DNA of 64,000 nt, taken from NCBI GenBank assembly GCA_964344705.1, contig CAYFOG010000001.1:48984-112983 (forward strand), in the 5' to 3' direction. Under the pieces are notes generated by a model that did no database searches, was not told the origin of the DNA, and was given only the letters and a program-made list of their open reading frames with translations. How positions within the stretch are numbered: the first letter of the stretch is position 1; every line of letters begins with the position of its first letter. Below are positions 47,287 through 56,955 of this stretch, in pieces. Source of the stretch: Candidatus Woesearchaeota archaeon (GTDB lineage Archaea > Nanobdellota > Nanobdellia > UBA10117 > ARS21). The position numbers and the translations under genes are program-made.

Positions 47287-47321
47287 CTTTTACTAAGTTT
47301 TAATAAGTTTGGAGGTATCTA

Positions 47322-48548
47322 TTGATTATGCAAACTCCTAAAGGTACTAGAGATTATTTTGGTTCTGATGCTAAGAAATTTAGTACAATTATTTCATCTT
47401 TCAAGAATGCGTTTCAAGTTTTTGGCTTTGATAAAGTAAATACTCCTACTTTTGAGTACTCCAAACTTTTGAAAGGTAAATATGGTGAGGATGAAAAGCT
47501 AATTTATGAATTTAAAGATCGAGCAGGAAGAGGTTTGGCTCTGAGATATGATTTAACTGTTCCTCTTGCGCGACTTGCTGGAAGCAATCAATTTCCTTTG
47601 CCAGCTAAATTCTACAATATTGGTAAGGTATTTAGATATGATAATCCTCAAAAAGGACGGAAGCGAGAATTTGTTCAGGCAGATATAGATGTTCTAGGTT
47701 CTAAGTCTGCTCTTTGCGATGCTGAACTAATTGCATGTATGAGCTATGGATTTTATGGTGTGGGAATTAAACCAATTTTTAGAGTTAATAATCGAACAGT
47801 TATGAATCAAATCTTTTCAGAGTTGGGTTATCGAGAAAAAGACTTTGTTACAATCTTACGAGCAATCGATAAGCTTGACAAAATTGGTGTTACTGGAGTT
47901 AAGCGAGAACTTGAAAGAAAAGGATTGAAAAATGTTTCAAAACTTCTGAAGCTGATTAGATTCCGAGGTTCTTTAACTTCTTTGAAGAGTGCCTTGAAAG
48001 GAATGAATGTTGATTTGAGTCAGTTTGAAAGTTTAAGCTCAGACATAAGAATTTTACAGCTGAATCCAACGCGGGTTGAGTTCGATTTAAGTCTTGCTCG
48101 TGGTCTTGACTATTATACGGGAAATGTTTATGAGATTGACATTGGAAAAGGAATGAGTGTCGGAGGAGGAGGGCGTTATGATTCTTTGGTTCAAAATCTT
48201 ACTGGAAAAGATTTGACAGGTGTAGGAATATCTGTTGGAATTACTCGTTTGTTTGATTTGGTGTCTGACAAAATTAGAGTCAGTGATTCAAAAGTCTCGG
48301 TTGTCGGAATTAACACAAATCCGCTTGCAGTAGTTAGTACTTTGAGGCAGAACGGAGTTTCCACAAATTATGATTTAAATGCCCGGAATCTACGAAGTGC
48401 GATGAATTACGCAAACAAAACCGGTTCAGCTTATGCAATTTTTGTCGGAGAACGAGAATTAAAATCAAAACGCTTTGTTCTTAGGAATATGTCCAATGGT
48501 AAAGAAGAGAAATTAACTATTAATCAAATAATCTCAAAGCTTAAATAA
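47322..48548 (+). CDS. hisS: Histidyl-tRNA synthetase
   Basis: Class II motifs TPKGTRDYF, LRYDLTVPLAR, VFRYDNPQKGRKREFVQADIDVLG; C-terminal anticodon-binding domain. Confidence 0.9.
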   Translation: MIMQTPKGTRDYFGSDAKKFSTIISSFKNAFQVFGFDKVNTPTFEYSKLLKGKYGEDEKLIYEFKDRAGRGLALRYDLTVPLARLAGSNQFPLPAKFYNIGKVFRYDNPQKGRKREFVQADIDVLGSKSALCDAELIACMSYGFYGVGIKPIFRVNNRTVMNQIFSELGYREKDFVTILRAIDKLDKIGVTGVKRELERKGLKNVSKLLKLIRFRGSLTSLKSALKGMNVDLSQFESLSSDIRILQLNPTRVEFDLSLARGLDYYTGNVYEIDIGKGMSVGGGGRYDSLVQNLTGKDLTGVGISVGITRLFDLVSDKIRVSDSKVSVVGINTNPLAVVSTLRQNGVSTNYDLNARNLRSAMNYANKTGSAYAIFVGERELKSKRFVLRNMSNGKEEKLTINQIISKLK

Positions 48549-48562
48549 AATCTTTGACAGGT

Positions 48563-49153
48563 ATGTTCATGGTTAAAACTAAGAAACCTCGAAGACTGCT
48601 TCAAGCTAGACTTCCTGGAAAACAACCTTACACTCACAAAAAAGTTGGCAGAGCTGGAACTGTTGCCTCAATTAATACAATCTTTGATATTGATGAGATA
48701 ATTAATGCTTTGAAATTTTGGGTTGATCGTAATGCTTATGTAGGATTTACTGTTGAAAATTTTACTGAAGAGATTCGGAAAGATGGAAAATATTATTATT
48801 CAGGAAAGATTACTTTCAAGCGTAACAGAGATTTTTATTTAAGGCAGAAATTTGAAGTAAATTTTAAAATCAAAGGTGCAGAGAAAGTTCAAGTTGAAGG
48901 ACCAAATGGAGAGATTAGGAATTTGATGAAAGGGTTGATTGGATTTGAAACTAACACGGGGCTAGATTTGGATTATGAAGATGTGTTCAAAGGTTCAAAA
49001 GGATTTTGGAGAGTTATACACCATATTTTCTTTGAGTATATTTATTATCGAACTTATGAAAATTATAAGTATGAGCACGGCGTGGACACAGGAAAGATTC
49101 ACTCATTACTAAAAAATCAAGTTGATTCATTCAAAAAATATAAGGAAAGTTAA
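48563..49153 (+). CDS. Hypothetical protein
   Basis: ORF; the track start at 48554 is a TTG, and the ATG at 48563 is preferred. No family recognised (Y/F-rich C-terminal region). Confidence 0.35.
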   Translation: MFMVKTKKPRRLLQARLPGKQPYTHKKVGRAGTVASINTIFDIDEIINALKFWVDRNAYVGFTVENFTEEIRKDGKYYYSGKITFKRNRDFYLRQKFEVNFKIKGAEKVQVEGPNGEIRNLMKGLIGFETNTGLDLDYEDVFKGSKGFWRVIHHIFFEYIYYRTYENYKYEHGVDTGKIHSLLKNQVDSFKKYKES

Positions 49154-50085
49154 AGCCACTTTCTTCTTTTGAAATATAGAAAAGTTAAGAATACTGAACC
49201 TGCCATCAATCCCAGAGAGAATAAATATCCATATTCCCAATATAATTCAGGCATGTTCCAAGGTCCAGCATCAATTTTAAAGTTCATACCATAAATGCTT
49301 GCAATTAAAGTAGGCAATAGAATGAATGAACCAATAATTGTTACTCGTTTCATAATGTGATTGATTTGATTGGATATCTTTGAATTGTAAATTTCAATTG
49401 CATTGCTTATGATCTCTCTGTATATTTTTATGCTATCACTCACTTGAATTAAATCCGTATGAATTTCAGTCATCTCAAATTTTTCAAGTTTGTTTAGATT
49501 AAATGCTTCAGGATGTAATGCTAAATGAGAAATAACTTCTCTATTCCCAGTTATGGCTTTGTTCAAATATATCAATTTTTTTCTTATTTTAAAGAAATCT
49601 TTAATTAAGTCCTTTGAGCTGTTTTTGTGAATTCGTTCTTCAACTTTATCGATTTCTTCTTCAATTTCTTCAGCTCTTTTGTAGAAGACTTCGTTGAGTT
49701 CTTCAAGCAATCGAATAAATATTGTGTGTTCTGAATTTGGAAGCGCGTCTGAGCTGTTGACAATGTTTGTAACCATTTTGCAAGTCTTTTCGTGAATGCT
49801 GATTAGAGTTTTACCTTTTAAGAACAACCCAATTGTAAGCATTTCGTCAGACTTTGTGGCTGGAATGTTCATCAGAACCATATTGTATCCATCCCGAGTC
49901 GCTATTCTGGAACGCTGACCGCGATCAATAGCTAGTTTGTAGTCATTTCGACTGATTCCAAATTCTGAAACTTTTTTGAATTCTTCCGGAGTTGCATTGT
50001 CTATATGAATCCAGCGAGGCTTAGTTTTTGTTTTATCTGTTCCGCGAACCAGTTTTCCATTTTTGAGTCCGAAGGTCTTTAGCAT
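49150..50085 (-). CDS. corA: CorA-family Mg2+/Co2+ transporter
   Basis: Signature YGMNF before the two C-terminal TM helices; 311 aa. Confidence 0.8.
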   Translation of the reverse strand: MLKTFGLKNGKLVRGTDKTKTKPRWIHIDNATPEEFKKVSEFGISRNDYKLAIDRGQRSRIATRDGYNMVLMNIPATKSDEMLTIGLFLKGKTLISIHEKTCKMVTNIVNSSDALPNSEHTIFIRLLEELNEVFYKRAEEIEEEIDKVEERIHKNSSKDLIKDFFKIRKKLIYLNKAITGNREVISHLALHPEAFNLNKLEKFEMTEIHTDLIQVSDSIKIYREIISNAIEIYNSKISNQINHIMKRVTIIGSFILLPTLIASIYGMNFKIDAGPWNMPELYWEYGYLFSLGLMAGSVFLTFLYFKRRKWL

Positions 50086-50141
50086 CACTTTGATTTGTCA
50101 AGTATATTATAAAATATTAAGTTATAATTGAGTAGTAGTGA

Positions 50142-52811
50142 CTAATTGAGGTAGATTCCCGGTTTGCCGAATTTCGCCTTTGAAGCTTTGTTATCTGGAT
50201 CAATTCTGTTTTTATCATTTGAGGCAAAGATTTGTACGTTTGTGTTGAAAATACTAGTAAGGAAATCTTCAGCCTCTTTGTATTTCTTAAGTTCTGGAGG
50301 AATTACGTAAATGTAAATGTTTTTGGCAGACTTTTTGTTTGTAATCTGAAGTATTTGATTTATGTCAGACATTGTTTTTTGAATTGTTTTTTCTGACTCT
50401 TCAATTTCTTTGTTTATTTTATTCTTGTTGAATTTTGGCCACTTGCTTGTTGACACGAAACCCTTTCCTTTGAATTTTTCCCATAATTCTTCTGCGATAT
50501 GTGGGATTGCTGGAGAAACAGAAATTACCCAATCCTTTGCAATTTTTTCTACTCCGTCAAGATTTCCATTGTTTCGTTTTATGAAGTATTGAACATCATT
50601 CATCATATCGTAAAACATTGACTGGAAATAATGTCGCGGATTATCATTTTCTAAACTTGTTTGAGCTTTTTCTAAGTTTGTGTGGAAGCGAGACTCCAAC
50701 CAATTTGTGTCAACTTTCTTTGCTTTATTTTTCGAAACCTTATTCATCAATTCATAGAATTGATTAAGTTTTGACCTAAGTGCTTGTACATCTTGTTCTC
50801 TCCAGTCTAATAGAGAAGATAGATCTGCTGCGTAAACGCAGTATGCTCTGAATAGATCTACAAAATATTTGTCTTGTAATTGAGCAACAGGAATTACGTT
50901 TCCTAAAGATTTTGACATTTTTTTCCCATCTCGAATTAACATATCATTAAGAGTAATTTTTCTTGGAACTTTCTTTGCTCCAAAGATTGCTTCGTGGTTG
51001 AATATCATCATAGTTAGATGATTTGAAATATGCGCAATTGCAGTATGTCTTTGATCAAGAGGATACCAGTATTCAAATTCAGATTTCATAGAATCCAGAA
51101 GTTTTGCTGAAATTCCAGTGTTCTTTGAAACGCTTCTGACTGTTCCCTTTCCTAGGAAAATGTAGTCCCAGAAATCAAGAGTTAGTTGAGTTGGTTTGAT
51201 TTTATTTTTTCTAATAGTATTGATTACTGTGTAGAGGGCCATGTAAATTGTTGAATCTGAAAGACTTTCAATTATCCATTGTTTGTCAAAAGGTAATTGT
51301 GTTCCAAGACCTCGTTTTCTTGCGACCGGCTTTTTGTCAAGCCATTCAATCGTGTTGTCAAAAAGTTTTCGATAATGTTCAGGAACGATTTCAATTTTTT
51401 TGAATGCGTCTCTTGTCCTGTTTTTCCATTTTTCGTTCCCATAATGAAGGAACCATTGTCCTGAAAGCACTGCAACACTTACTTTACTTTTTGATCGAGT
51501 GACTGCTTTTCTACTCGTTTCGTAGAATGTGAAACCGTTGTCGTCAGCGAGTAATCTTTCAATTATTATTGGTTTTGCTTCAGAGACTTTCATTCCAGAA
51601 AAATCCATACAATTTTCATTCATTACTCCTTTGTGGAATTCTGCGGCGTAAATTTCTTTTGTTATATGGTTTATTGATTCCAATTCTGTTTGTTCTTGAA
51701 TGTCATTTTTTTCTGAGAGTTCCTTTGCAGGAGTGTTTGTGTATCCCTCCATTTTTATAATTGGAATTGGCTTAATCGATTTGTACAAACCTGCCCGTTG
51801 TAAATCTCTCAAACCTAAAAAGTCAAAAGGTGCTGATGCTGGAACACTATAAACTACTCCAGTACCTACCCCCTCATCAACAAAATGGGCCGGTAAAATT
51901 GAGACTTTTTTGCCAGTTATTGGTGCGATGACTTCTTGATCAATTATATCATCAACATCAACTTTAGTGATTGTGTCTATCGTTAATTTCTGATATTTTA
52001 GTTTTTCAGCAGCTTCTTTGCTTACAATCCATTCTTCATTCCCAACTTTTAGATTTACGTAATTCTCTTTAGGGTTTATCCATAAATTCGTTAGACCAAA
52101 TAGCGTTTCTGGACGAAGTGTTGCTGCAACAATGTATTTGTGTTGTTCATTTTTGAATCTGAATTTTATTGTGGTAAATTCGCTAATTTCGACAGGATCA
52201 GTGTCTCCATCTTTGATATCATCTTCACCAACCGCATTTTGATCTTCCACAGAATATAAAAGTGGGAAATCTCCTTGAGTTAGATAATGTTTTTCATTAA
52301 GATGATTGAATTGCCATTCAATGAATTTGTTGTAATCTTTGTCAGTAGTGGTAAATTGCCTACTGAAATCCATGGCGTATCCAGCAAACTTGAAATCATT
52401 GAGCAGGGTTTTTGAGAAATACTTCATTACATTTTCTGGTTCTTCAAAACTTTTCAAAATCTTGCTGATTTTCGTTCTATCTTTTTCGTGATATCCAATA
52501 TAATGTTTGTATAGCTCCAAAGTTTTAGGATCTTTATTTTTTATTTGCTGAGCAACTGCAAGAACCGGTGTTCCAGTCACATGCCAAGCCATTGGAAATA
52601 GAACATTATATCCTTGTAATCTTCTAAATCTTGCAAAAGTGTCAGAAACTGTGTAAGTTCTTCCGTGACCTATATGTAATGGCGCATTCGCATAAGGATA
52701 TGGAACGGTAATAAAATATTTCTTTTTACTTTTATCAGGTTTTGCATCAAATATTTTTTCATTGTACCATCGTCGCTGCCACTTCTTTTCAATCTTTACG
52801 AAATCGACCAT
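50142..52811 (-). CDS. leuS: Leucyl-tRNA synthetase (archaeal type)
   Basis: YPYANAPLHIGH (HIGH), FPMAWHVTGTPV, KMSKS (KMSKSLGN), CP1 editing region. Confidence 0.9.
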   Translation of the reverse strand: MVDFVKIEKKWQRRWYNEKIFDAKPDKSKKKYFITVPYPYANAPLHIGHGRTYTVSDTFARFRRLQGYNVLFPMAWHVTGTPVLAVAQQIKNKDPKTLELYKHYIGYHEKDRTKISKILKSFEEPENVMKYFSKTLLNDFKFAGYAMDFSRQFTTTDKDYNKFIEWQFNHLNEKHYLTQGDFPLLYSVEDQNAVGEDDIKDGDTDPVEISEFTTIKFRFKNEQHKYIVAATLRPETLFGLTNLWINPKENYVNLKVGNEEWIVSKEAAEKLKYQKLTIDTITKVDVDDIIDQEVIAPITGKKVSILPAHFVDEGVGTGVVYSVPASAPFDFLGLRDLQRAGLYKSIKPIPIIKMEGYTNTPAKELSEKNDIQEQTELESINHITKEIYAAEFHKGVMNENCMDFSGMKVSEAKPIIIERLLADDNGFTFYETSRKAVTRSKSKVSVAVLSGQWFLHYGNEKWKNRTRDAFKKIEIVPEHYRKLFDNTIEWLDKKPVARKRGLGTQLPFDKQWIIESLSDSTIYMALYTVINTIRKNKIKPTQLTLDFWDYIFLGKGTVRSVSKNTGISAKLLDSMKSEFEYWYPLDQRHTAIAHISNHLTMMIFNHEAIFGAKKVPRKITLNDMLIRDGKKMSKSLGNVIPVAQLQDKYFVDLFRAYCVYAADLSSLLDWREQDVQALRSKLNQFYELMNKVSKNKAKKVDTNWLESRFHTNLEKAQTSLENDNPRHYFQSMFYDMMNDVQYFIKRNNGNLDGVEKIAKDWVISVSPAIPHIAEELWEKFKGKGFVSTSKWPKFNKNKINKEIEESEKTIQKTMSDINQILQITNKKSAKNIYIYVIPPELKKYKEAEDFLTSIFNTNVQIFASNDKNRIDPDNKASKAKFGKPGIYLN

Positions 52812-52850
52812 GGTTTGGTGAGAAGTCTAATATTTTTAAGAGTTGGGTTA

Positions 52851-52925
52851 CGGATCCGAAGGGATTTGAACCCTCGACCTACAGCTTAGAAGGCTGCCGC
52901 TCTATCCAGACTGAGCTACGGATCC
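52851..52925 (-). tRNA. tRNA-Arg (anticodon UCU)
   Basis: Reverse-strand cloverleaf: acceptor GGATCCG/CGGATCC, D-arm GCTC-AGTCTGGATA-GAGC, anticodon loop CTTCTAA, T-loop TTCAAAT. TATA-like element at about 52951-52957 upstream. Confidence 0.85.
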
Positions 52926-53088
52926 TCTGATTAAGTGGTGTTTTATTGCTTTTATATGTCTTTCGTACAATGTTATAATTAGAGAAATAGGTGATTTTCT
53001 AGATTATAGAAGGTCATTTCATTAGGTTTAAAAGTATTACTAACTAGTAGAGAATTACATAGTGTCATGACTATGTAGTGTACACAAA

Positions 53089-55212
53089 ATGGTAAACATG
53101 AAAAAAATGATATCAGTTGCCCTTATGGTGCTGATTGGACTAACTTCTTTGTCAGTAGCTTTTGCTGCGACAAGTACTAATGGCGACTTTACTGCTGTTG
53201 AAGATACAAATGCATTAACTATTGCTCACGGTCAATCTGTGAGCGGAACTATAACTCTAACTAATAATATTGGTACGGGTGCTGCTATGATTTATGATCT
53301 TAGTCTAACGGGACTACCTGCTTGGATGACAGTTACTTTTTATGAGAGCGGAAGTCTAATTACTCAGACAAGTTCAGTTGCTGATGGAGCATCTTTAACA
53401 ATTACTTATACTGCAAGTGTTACAGCAAATACTGCTGCAACTACAACACCTCAAGCATTCAACATTGTGGCTAGTGAAAATGGAGCAGCTACAGCAAACA
53501 CTGCTACAATCGCAATGACTGCTGAGGTTCCAAGCGATCCTTCACGAGTTATCACTCAAGATACAGTTGTATCAACTGTTGCTCGAGAAAGCTCAGTAGA
53601 AATTACTGTTGAAGTTGATAACACAGGAAATGAAAACGTTGTTGTTTCTCAAACTCTCGGAAGTTTGGCAAACGCAGCAACTGATAACACTTATTTGGAT
53701 ATTGGAGCTTTGACTTTGAATTGGAATGATGGAAGAACTCTTTCAACCACTGGAGCAACTGTAGCTCCTGAAACTGGTGGATCAAATACAATTATTCCAG
53801 GAAGCTCTCAAAATTTCGTAATTACTATACCTACTGTAGCAACAGATAGATATGGAGTGTACACCGGAACTTTGAGTCTTATGGATAATTCAAATCCAGC
53901 AATTTCAAAAGATACATCTGCTTTGACAATTAATCTTGTTGATGTAAACAACGAAGCAGGATTAAAGATTAATGATGGTCCGAAGGATGGCGAATTCAAT
54001 GACGTATCTGCGGATGATTCAAGAACTTATCCTGGAGACAATATTGAAATAATCGATGTAACAATTGATAACGAAGTTGGTAAAGATTTAGAAAATGTAT
54101 TCGTTACAATTTCTGTTTACAGTCAAGTCGATGGAGATAAAATAATTAATGAATTCGAATCAGATTATTCAGATATTGATGACAATAGAGATGATCAATT
54201 TGATTACGCATTCCAATTACCTTTTGATATTATTGAAGGAACATATGTAATTGAATATGTTGTAGAGGCTGAAGATGTAGATGGAAATTTATCAACTGCG
54301 ATGGCTTATGACACATTTACAGTTGAACAAGATAGTGATCACTTGGCTGTAGAATCAATTACAATTGGAGAATACTGTGCGGGTGAAACTGCAGAATTTG
54401 AAGTAAAGATTGCAAATATCGGAACAACACGAATGGATGATACTGATGATATTCAAGTTAAAATGACAATTGGAAATTTCAATTTTGATGAAATAATTAG
54501 ATGGACTGAGGACTTCAGGTCCGGAGATTCAGAATTATTTACATTTAATGTAGATATTCCAACAGACGCAACAAGTCCAAACCTTATAGAAGTTGCTGTA
54601 TTCCATGATCGGGATACAGATTCCGGAGATGACGGTGCAACAAGCGCTCAAACATATACTTTGTCAACAGAGAATTGTGCTGAAGCTGAAGGTGCTGACG
54701 TACATGGAATAATTACTGGAACATCTGTTGCAGATGGAGCGGTTGGAACTCCGGCACGATATGATCTGACAATCATGAACACTGGTTCAAGTCTGGCAGA
54801 ATATGATTTGGAAGTTTCAGGAATATCTGGATGGGGAACATCACAAGTTGAACCTGCAGGAACAATTACTGTTGGCGCAGGAGAAACAGCAACTGTGTAT
54901 GTTTACTTAACTCCAAACGATAACGCGGCTGAAAGCAATGCTGCGGTAATAACTTTGAAATCTGGAGCAAACGTAATTCAGACAAAAACAGTAACAATGA
55001 ATGTTGCTGGAGCTTCAATTTCAACATATACAAATGCTTTACTCGGTTCAAGTATTGTTGACTTGGGCGCAGACCAACAAGGTTTGATTACTCTGTTGTC
55101 TCTGGCCACAATCTTGTTTGTAACTGTGGGAACACTTTACACAGCTACACAACCAACAAGAAGTTCAGCAAAGAAAAAGAAGAAGCGAGCAACAAAAAAG
55201 GAGCGTAGATAA
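53089..55212 (+). CDS. Large secreted surface protein with CARDB/DUF11-like repeats and a C-terminal TM anchor plus K-rich tail
   Basis: Signal peptide MKKMISVALMVLIGLTSLSVAFA, T/D/E-rich beta-repeat regions, C-terminus LLSLATILFVTVGTLYTA-TQPTRSSAKKKKKRATKKERR. Confidence 0.55.
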   Translation: MVNMKKMISVALMVLIGLTSLSVAFAATSTNGDFTAVEDTNALTIAHGQSVSGTITLTNNIGTGAAMIYDLSLTGLPAWMTVTFYESGSLITQTSSVADGASLTITYTASVTANTAATTTPQAFNIVASENGAATANTATIAMTAEVPSDPSRVITQDTVVSTVARESSVEITVEVDNTGNENVVVSQTLGSLANAATDNTYLDIGALTLNWNDGRTLSTTGATVAPETGGSNTIIPGSSQNFVITIPTVATDRYGVYTGTLSLMDNSNPAISKDTSALTINLVDVNNEAGLKINDGPKDGEFNDVSADDSRTYPGDNIEIIDVTIDNEVGKDLENVFVTISVYSQVDGDKIINEFESDYSDIDDNRDDQFDYAFQLPFDIIEGTYVIEYVVEAEDVDGNLSTAMAYDTFTVEQDSDHLAVESITIGEYCAGETAEFEVKIANIGTTRMDDTDDIQVKMTIGNFNFDEIIRWTEDFRSGDSELFTFNVDIPTDATSPNLIEVAVFHDRDTDSGDDGATSAQTYTLSTENCAEAEGADVHGIITGTSVADGAVGTPARYDLTIMNTGSSLAEYDLEVSGISGWGTSQVEPAGTITVGAGETATVYVYLTPNDNAAESNAAVITLKSGANVIQTKTVTMNVAGASISTYTNALLGSSIVDLGADQQGLITLLSLATILFVTVGTLYTATQPTRSSAKKKKKRATKKERR

Positions 55213-55230
55213 ACTCGCTCCCTCATACTC

Positions 55231-55255
55231 TCACCTGAGGTACCTCAGGAGGTGA
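55231..55255 (+). promoter_or_regulatory. Intergenic hairpin (palindrome CCTGAGGTACCTCAGG with flanks) overlapping the SD-like GGAGGTGA of the next gene
   Basis: Perfect 7-bp stem CCUGAGG/CCUCAGG with a 2-nt loop. GGAGGUGA lies 8 nt before the ATG at 55264. Confidence 0.35.
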
Positions 55256-55263
55256 AAAACAAA

Positions 55264-56841
55264 ATGAACAAAATAACAAAAAATTTGATTAGTTTGCTTT
55301 TGGTAACATTAGCATTACTAGCACCAGTAAGTGCAGCAACTCCTGCATTGGAAATTAGTCATACTAACTCTAATGGAGACAGTGCAACAGCACGACTTGT
55401 AACCTCTAATCTGGTGATGACACAAGGAGGAGTTCTAAGCATCCCTGTTGATGTATTGAATACTCTTTCAACTGACTACACATTAGAAGTTATTGTAACT
55501 GGAGACGGAATTGACAACACAAAGTCAGAAACATTGAACATTGAAGCAAATCTAGGTTCTATTTCAGAAACTAGAACTGCAGAATTTGTTCTAGACAGTG
55601 TTCTGACAGAAGGACAACACAGTATAAATGTACAATTGAATCTTCACGATATGACTCAACAACAAGCTACTGGGTCACTAGCAATGGATTTAACTGTTAA
55701 CCCTGAAATTCCAGCACTTCCAATAAACTATGAACCAAACTTGGTTACAGCAAAATTGGATAAAAGTGACTTGAATCCTGGTGATAACGTAGAAATTGAA
55801 ATTGATCTTGAAAATGGTTTAACTGATTACGATGATGTAACTGTTGAAGCTAAAATTGTTGATTCAAACAATGAAAGAGTTGGAGATAAAGTTGAAGTAG
55901 ATGTCGGTCACTTAGAAGCTGAATTCGACAAAACTGTAACTATGTCTATAGCACTTCCATCTGATTTGGACACTGGAGCATACGCAGTTGAAATTATTGT
56001 AACTGGAGACGTTGAAACTAGTTCAACTGTTCAATTAATGAACACACAACTAGACGCAGCAACTCTAAACTTCGATGTTGAAAGACACGAACACAGTTTG
56101 ACTATTGAATCAGTTACACATAATCCAAATGCACAAGCAGGTGACACATATAGTGTTGCAGTTAGTGTTATGAATAATGGATTAAACTATGAAGAAGATG
56201 TTGTAATTACTGTTTCTATGGCAGGAACAACTCAAACTTCAGCAACTTTCGCAATTGATCAAGACGAAGAAATTGTTCAATACTTTAACTTAGCTATCCC
56301 AAGTGATGCACAAAGTTCAGAAGTATTGGCTGTGTTAGTAAATGGAGAAGATTCTTCAGCAAGATACACTGCTGAAGTAAATGTTGGCGCAAGCGCAACT
56401 GTAAGCTCTGCTGGATTATCAGCAACTGTTGATTCAGTTTCCAAGACTGTTGGAAGCGAAGGAACAGCATATATGATAACTCTAGTAAACAACGATGATT
56501 TAACAAGAACTGTCGGTGTTTCCGTTGGCGGAGTACAAGGTTGGGCAGATGCTACAATTACACCTGCAACTCTAACATTGACTCCAGGGTCAAGTGGAAT
56601 TGCAAGCGTATACATTAACCCATCAGATAATGCTGAAGGGACAAACGCTTTCACTGTTTATGTAAGTGAAGGAAACCAAGTTGTTTCAAGCGTAGGTCTA
56701 ACAGCTACTGTTGATGATGCAGTTGATGTAATGAATTGGGCTTTAGCAGCAATTGCTTTGGTTCTAGCAGCATTCGCATACAACCAACGATCTCGTCCAG
56801 CAACAAAAGGACGAAGAAGATCAAAGAGAGTCTACTACTAA
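55264..56841 (+). CDS. Secreted surface protein with CARDB/DUF11-like repeats and a C-terminal TM anchor plus basic tail
   Basis: Signal peptide LLLVTLALLAPVSAA, C-terminus WALAAIALVLAAFAYNQRSRPATKGRRRSKRVYY. The track start at 55252 is a GTG; the ATG at 55264 has an SD. Confidence 0.55.
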   Translation: MNKITKNLISLLLVTLALLAPVSAATPALEISHTNSNGDSATARLVTSNLVMTQGGVLSIPVDVLNTLSTDYTLEVIVTGDGIDNTKSETLNIEANLGSISETRTAEFVLDSVLTEGQHSINVQLNLHDMTQQQATGSLAMDLTVNPEIPALPINYEPNLVTAKLDKSDLNPGDNVEIEIDLENGLTDYDDVTVEAKIVDSNNERVGDKVEVDVGHLEAEFDKTVTMSIALPSDLDTGAYAVEIIVTGDVETSSTVQLMNTQLDAATLNFDVERHEHSLTIESVTHNPNAQAGDTYSVAVSVMNNGLNYEEDVVITVSMAGTTQTSATFAIDQDEEIVQYFNLAIPSDAQSSEVLAVLVNGEDSSARYTAEVNVGASATVSSAGLSATVDSVSKTVGSEGTAYMITLVNNDDLTRTVGVSVGGVQGWADATITPATLTLTPGSSGIASVYINPSDNAEGTNAFTVYVSEGNQVVSSVGLTATVDDAVDVMNWALAAIALVLAAFAYNQRSRPATKGRRRSKRVYY

Positions 56842-56955
56842 GTAGACTTTCTTCTTTTCTTTTTTCTTATCTTTAAAATATGCTATTAAATAGCTAAATC
56901 TTTTTATATAAAGTTCCGACGGTAGAGCAAGGTAGAACTACCTTAGGATGATAAT

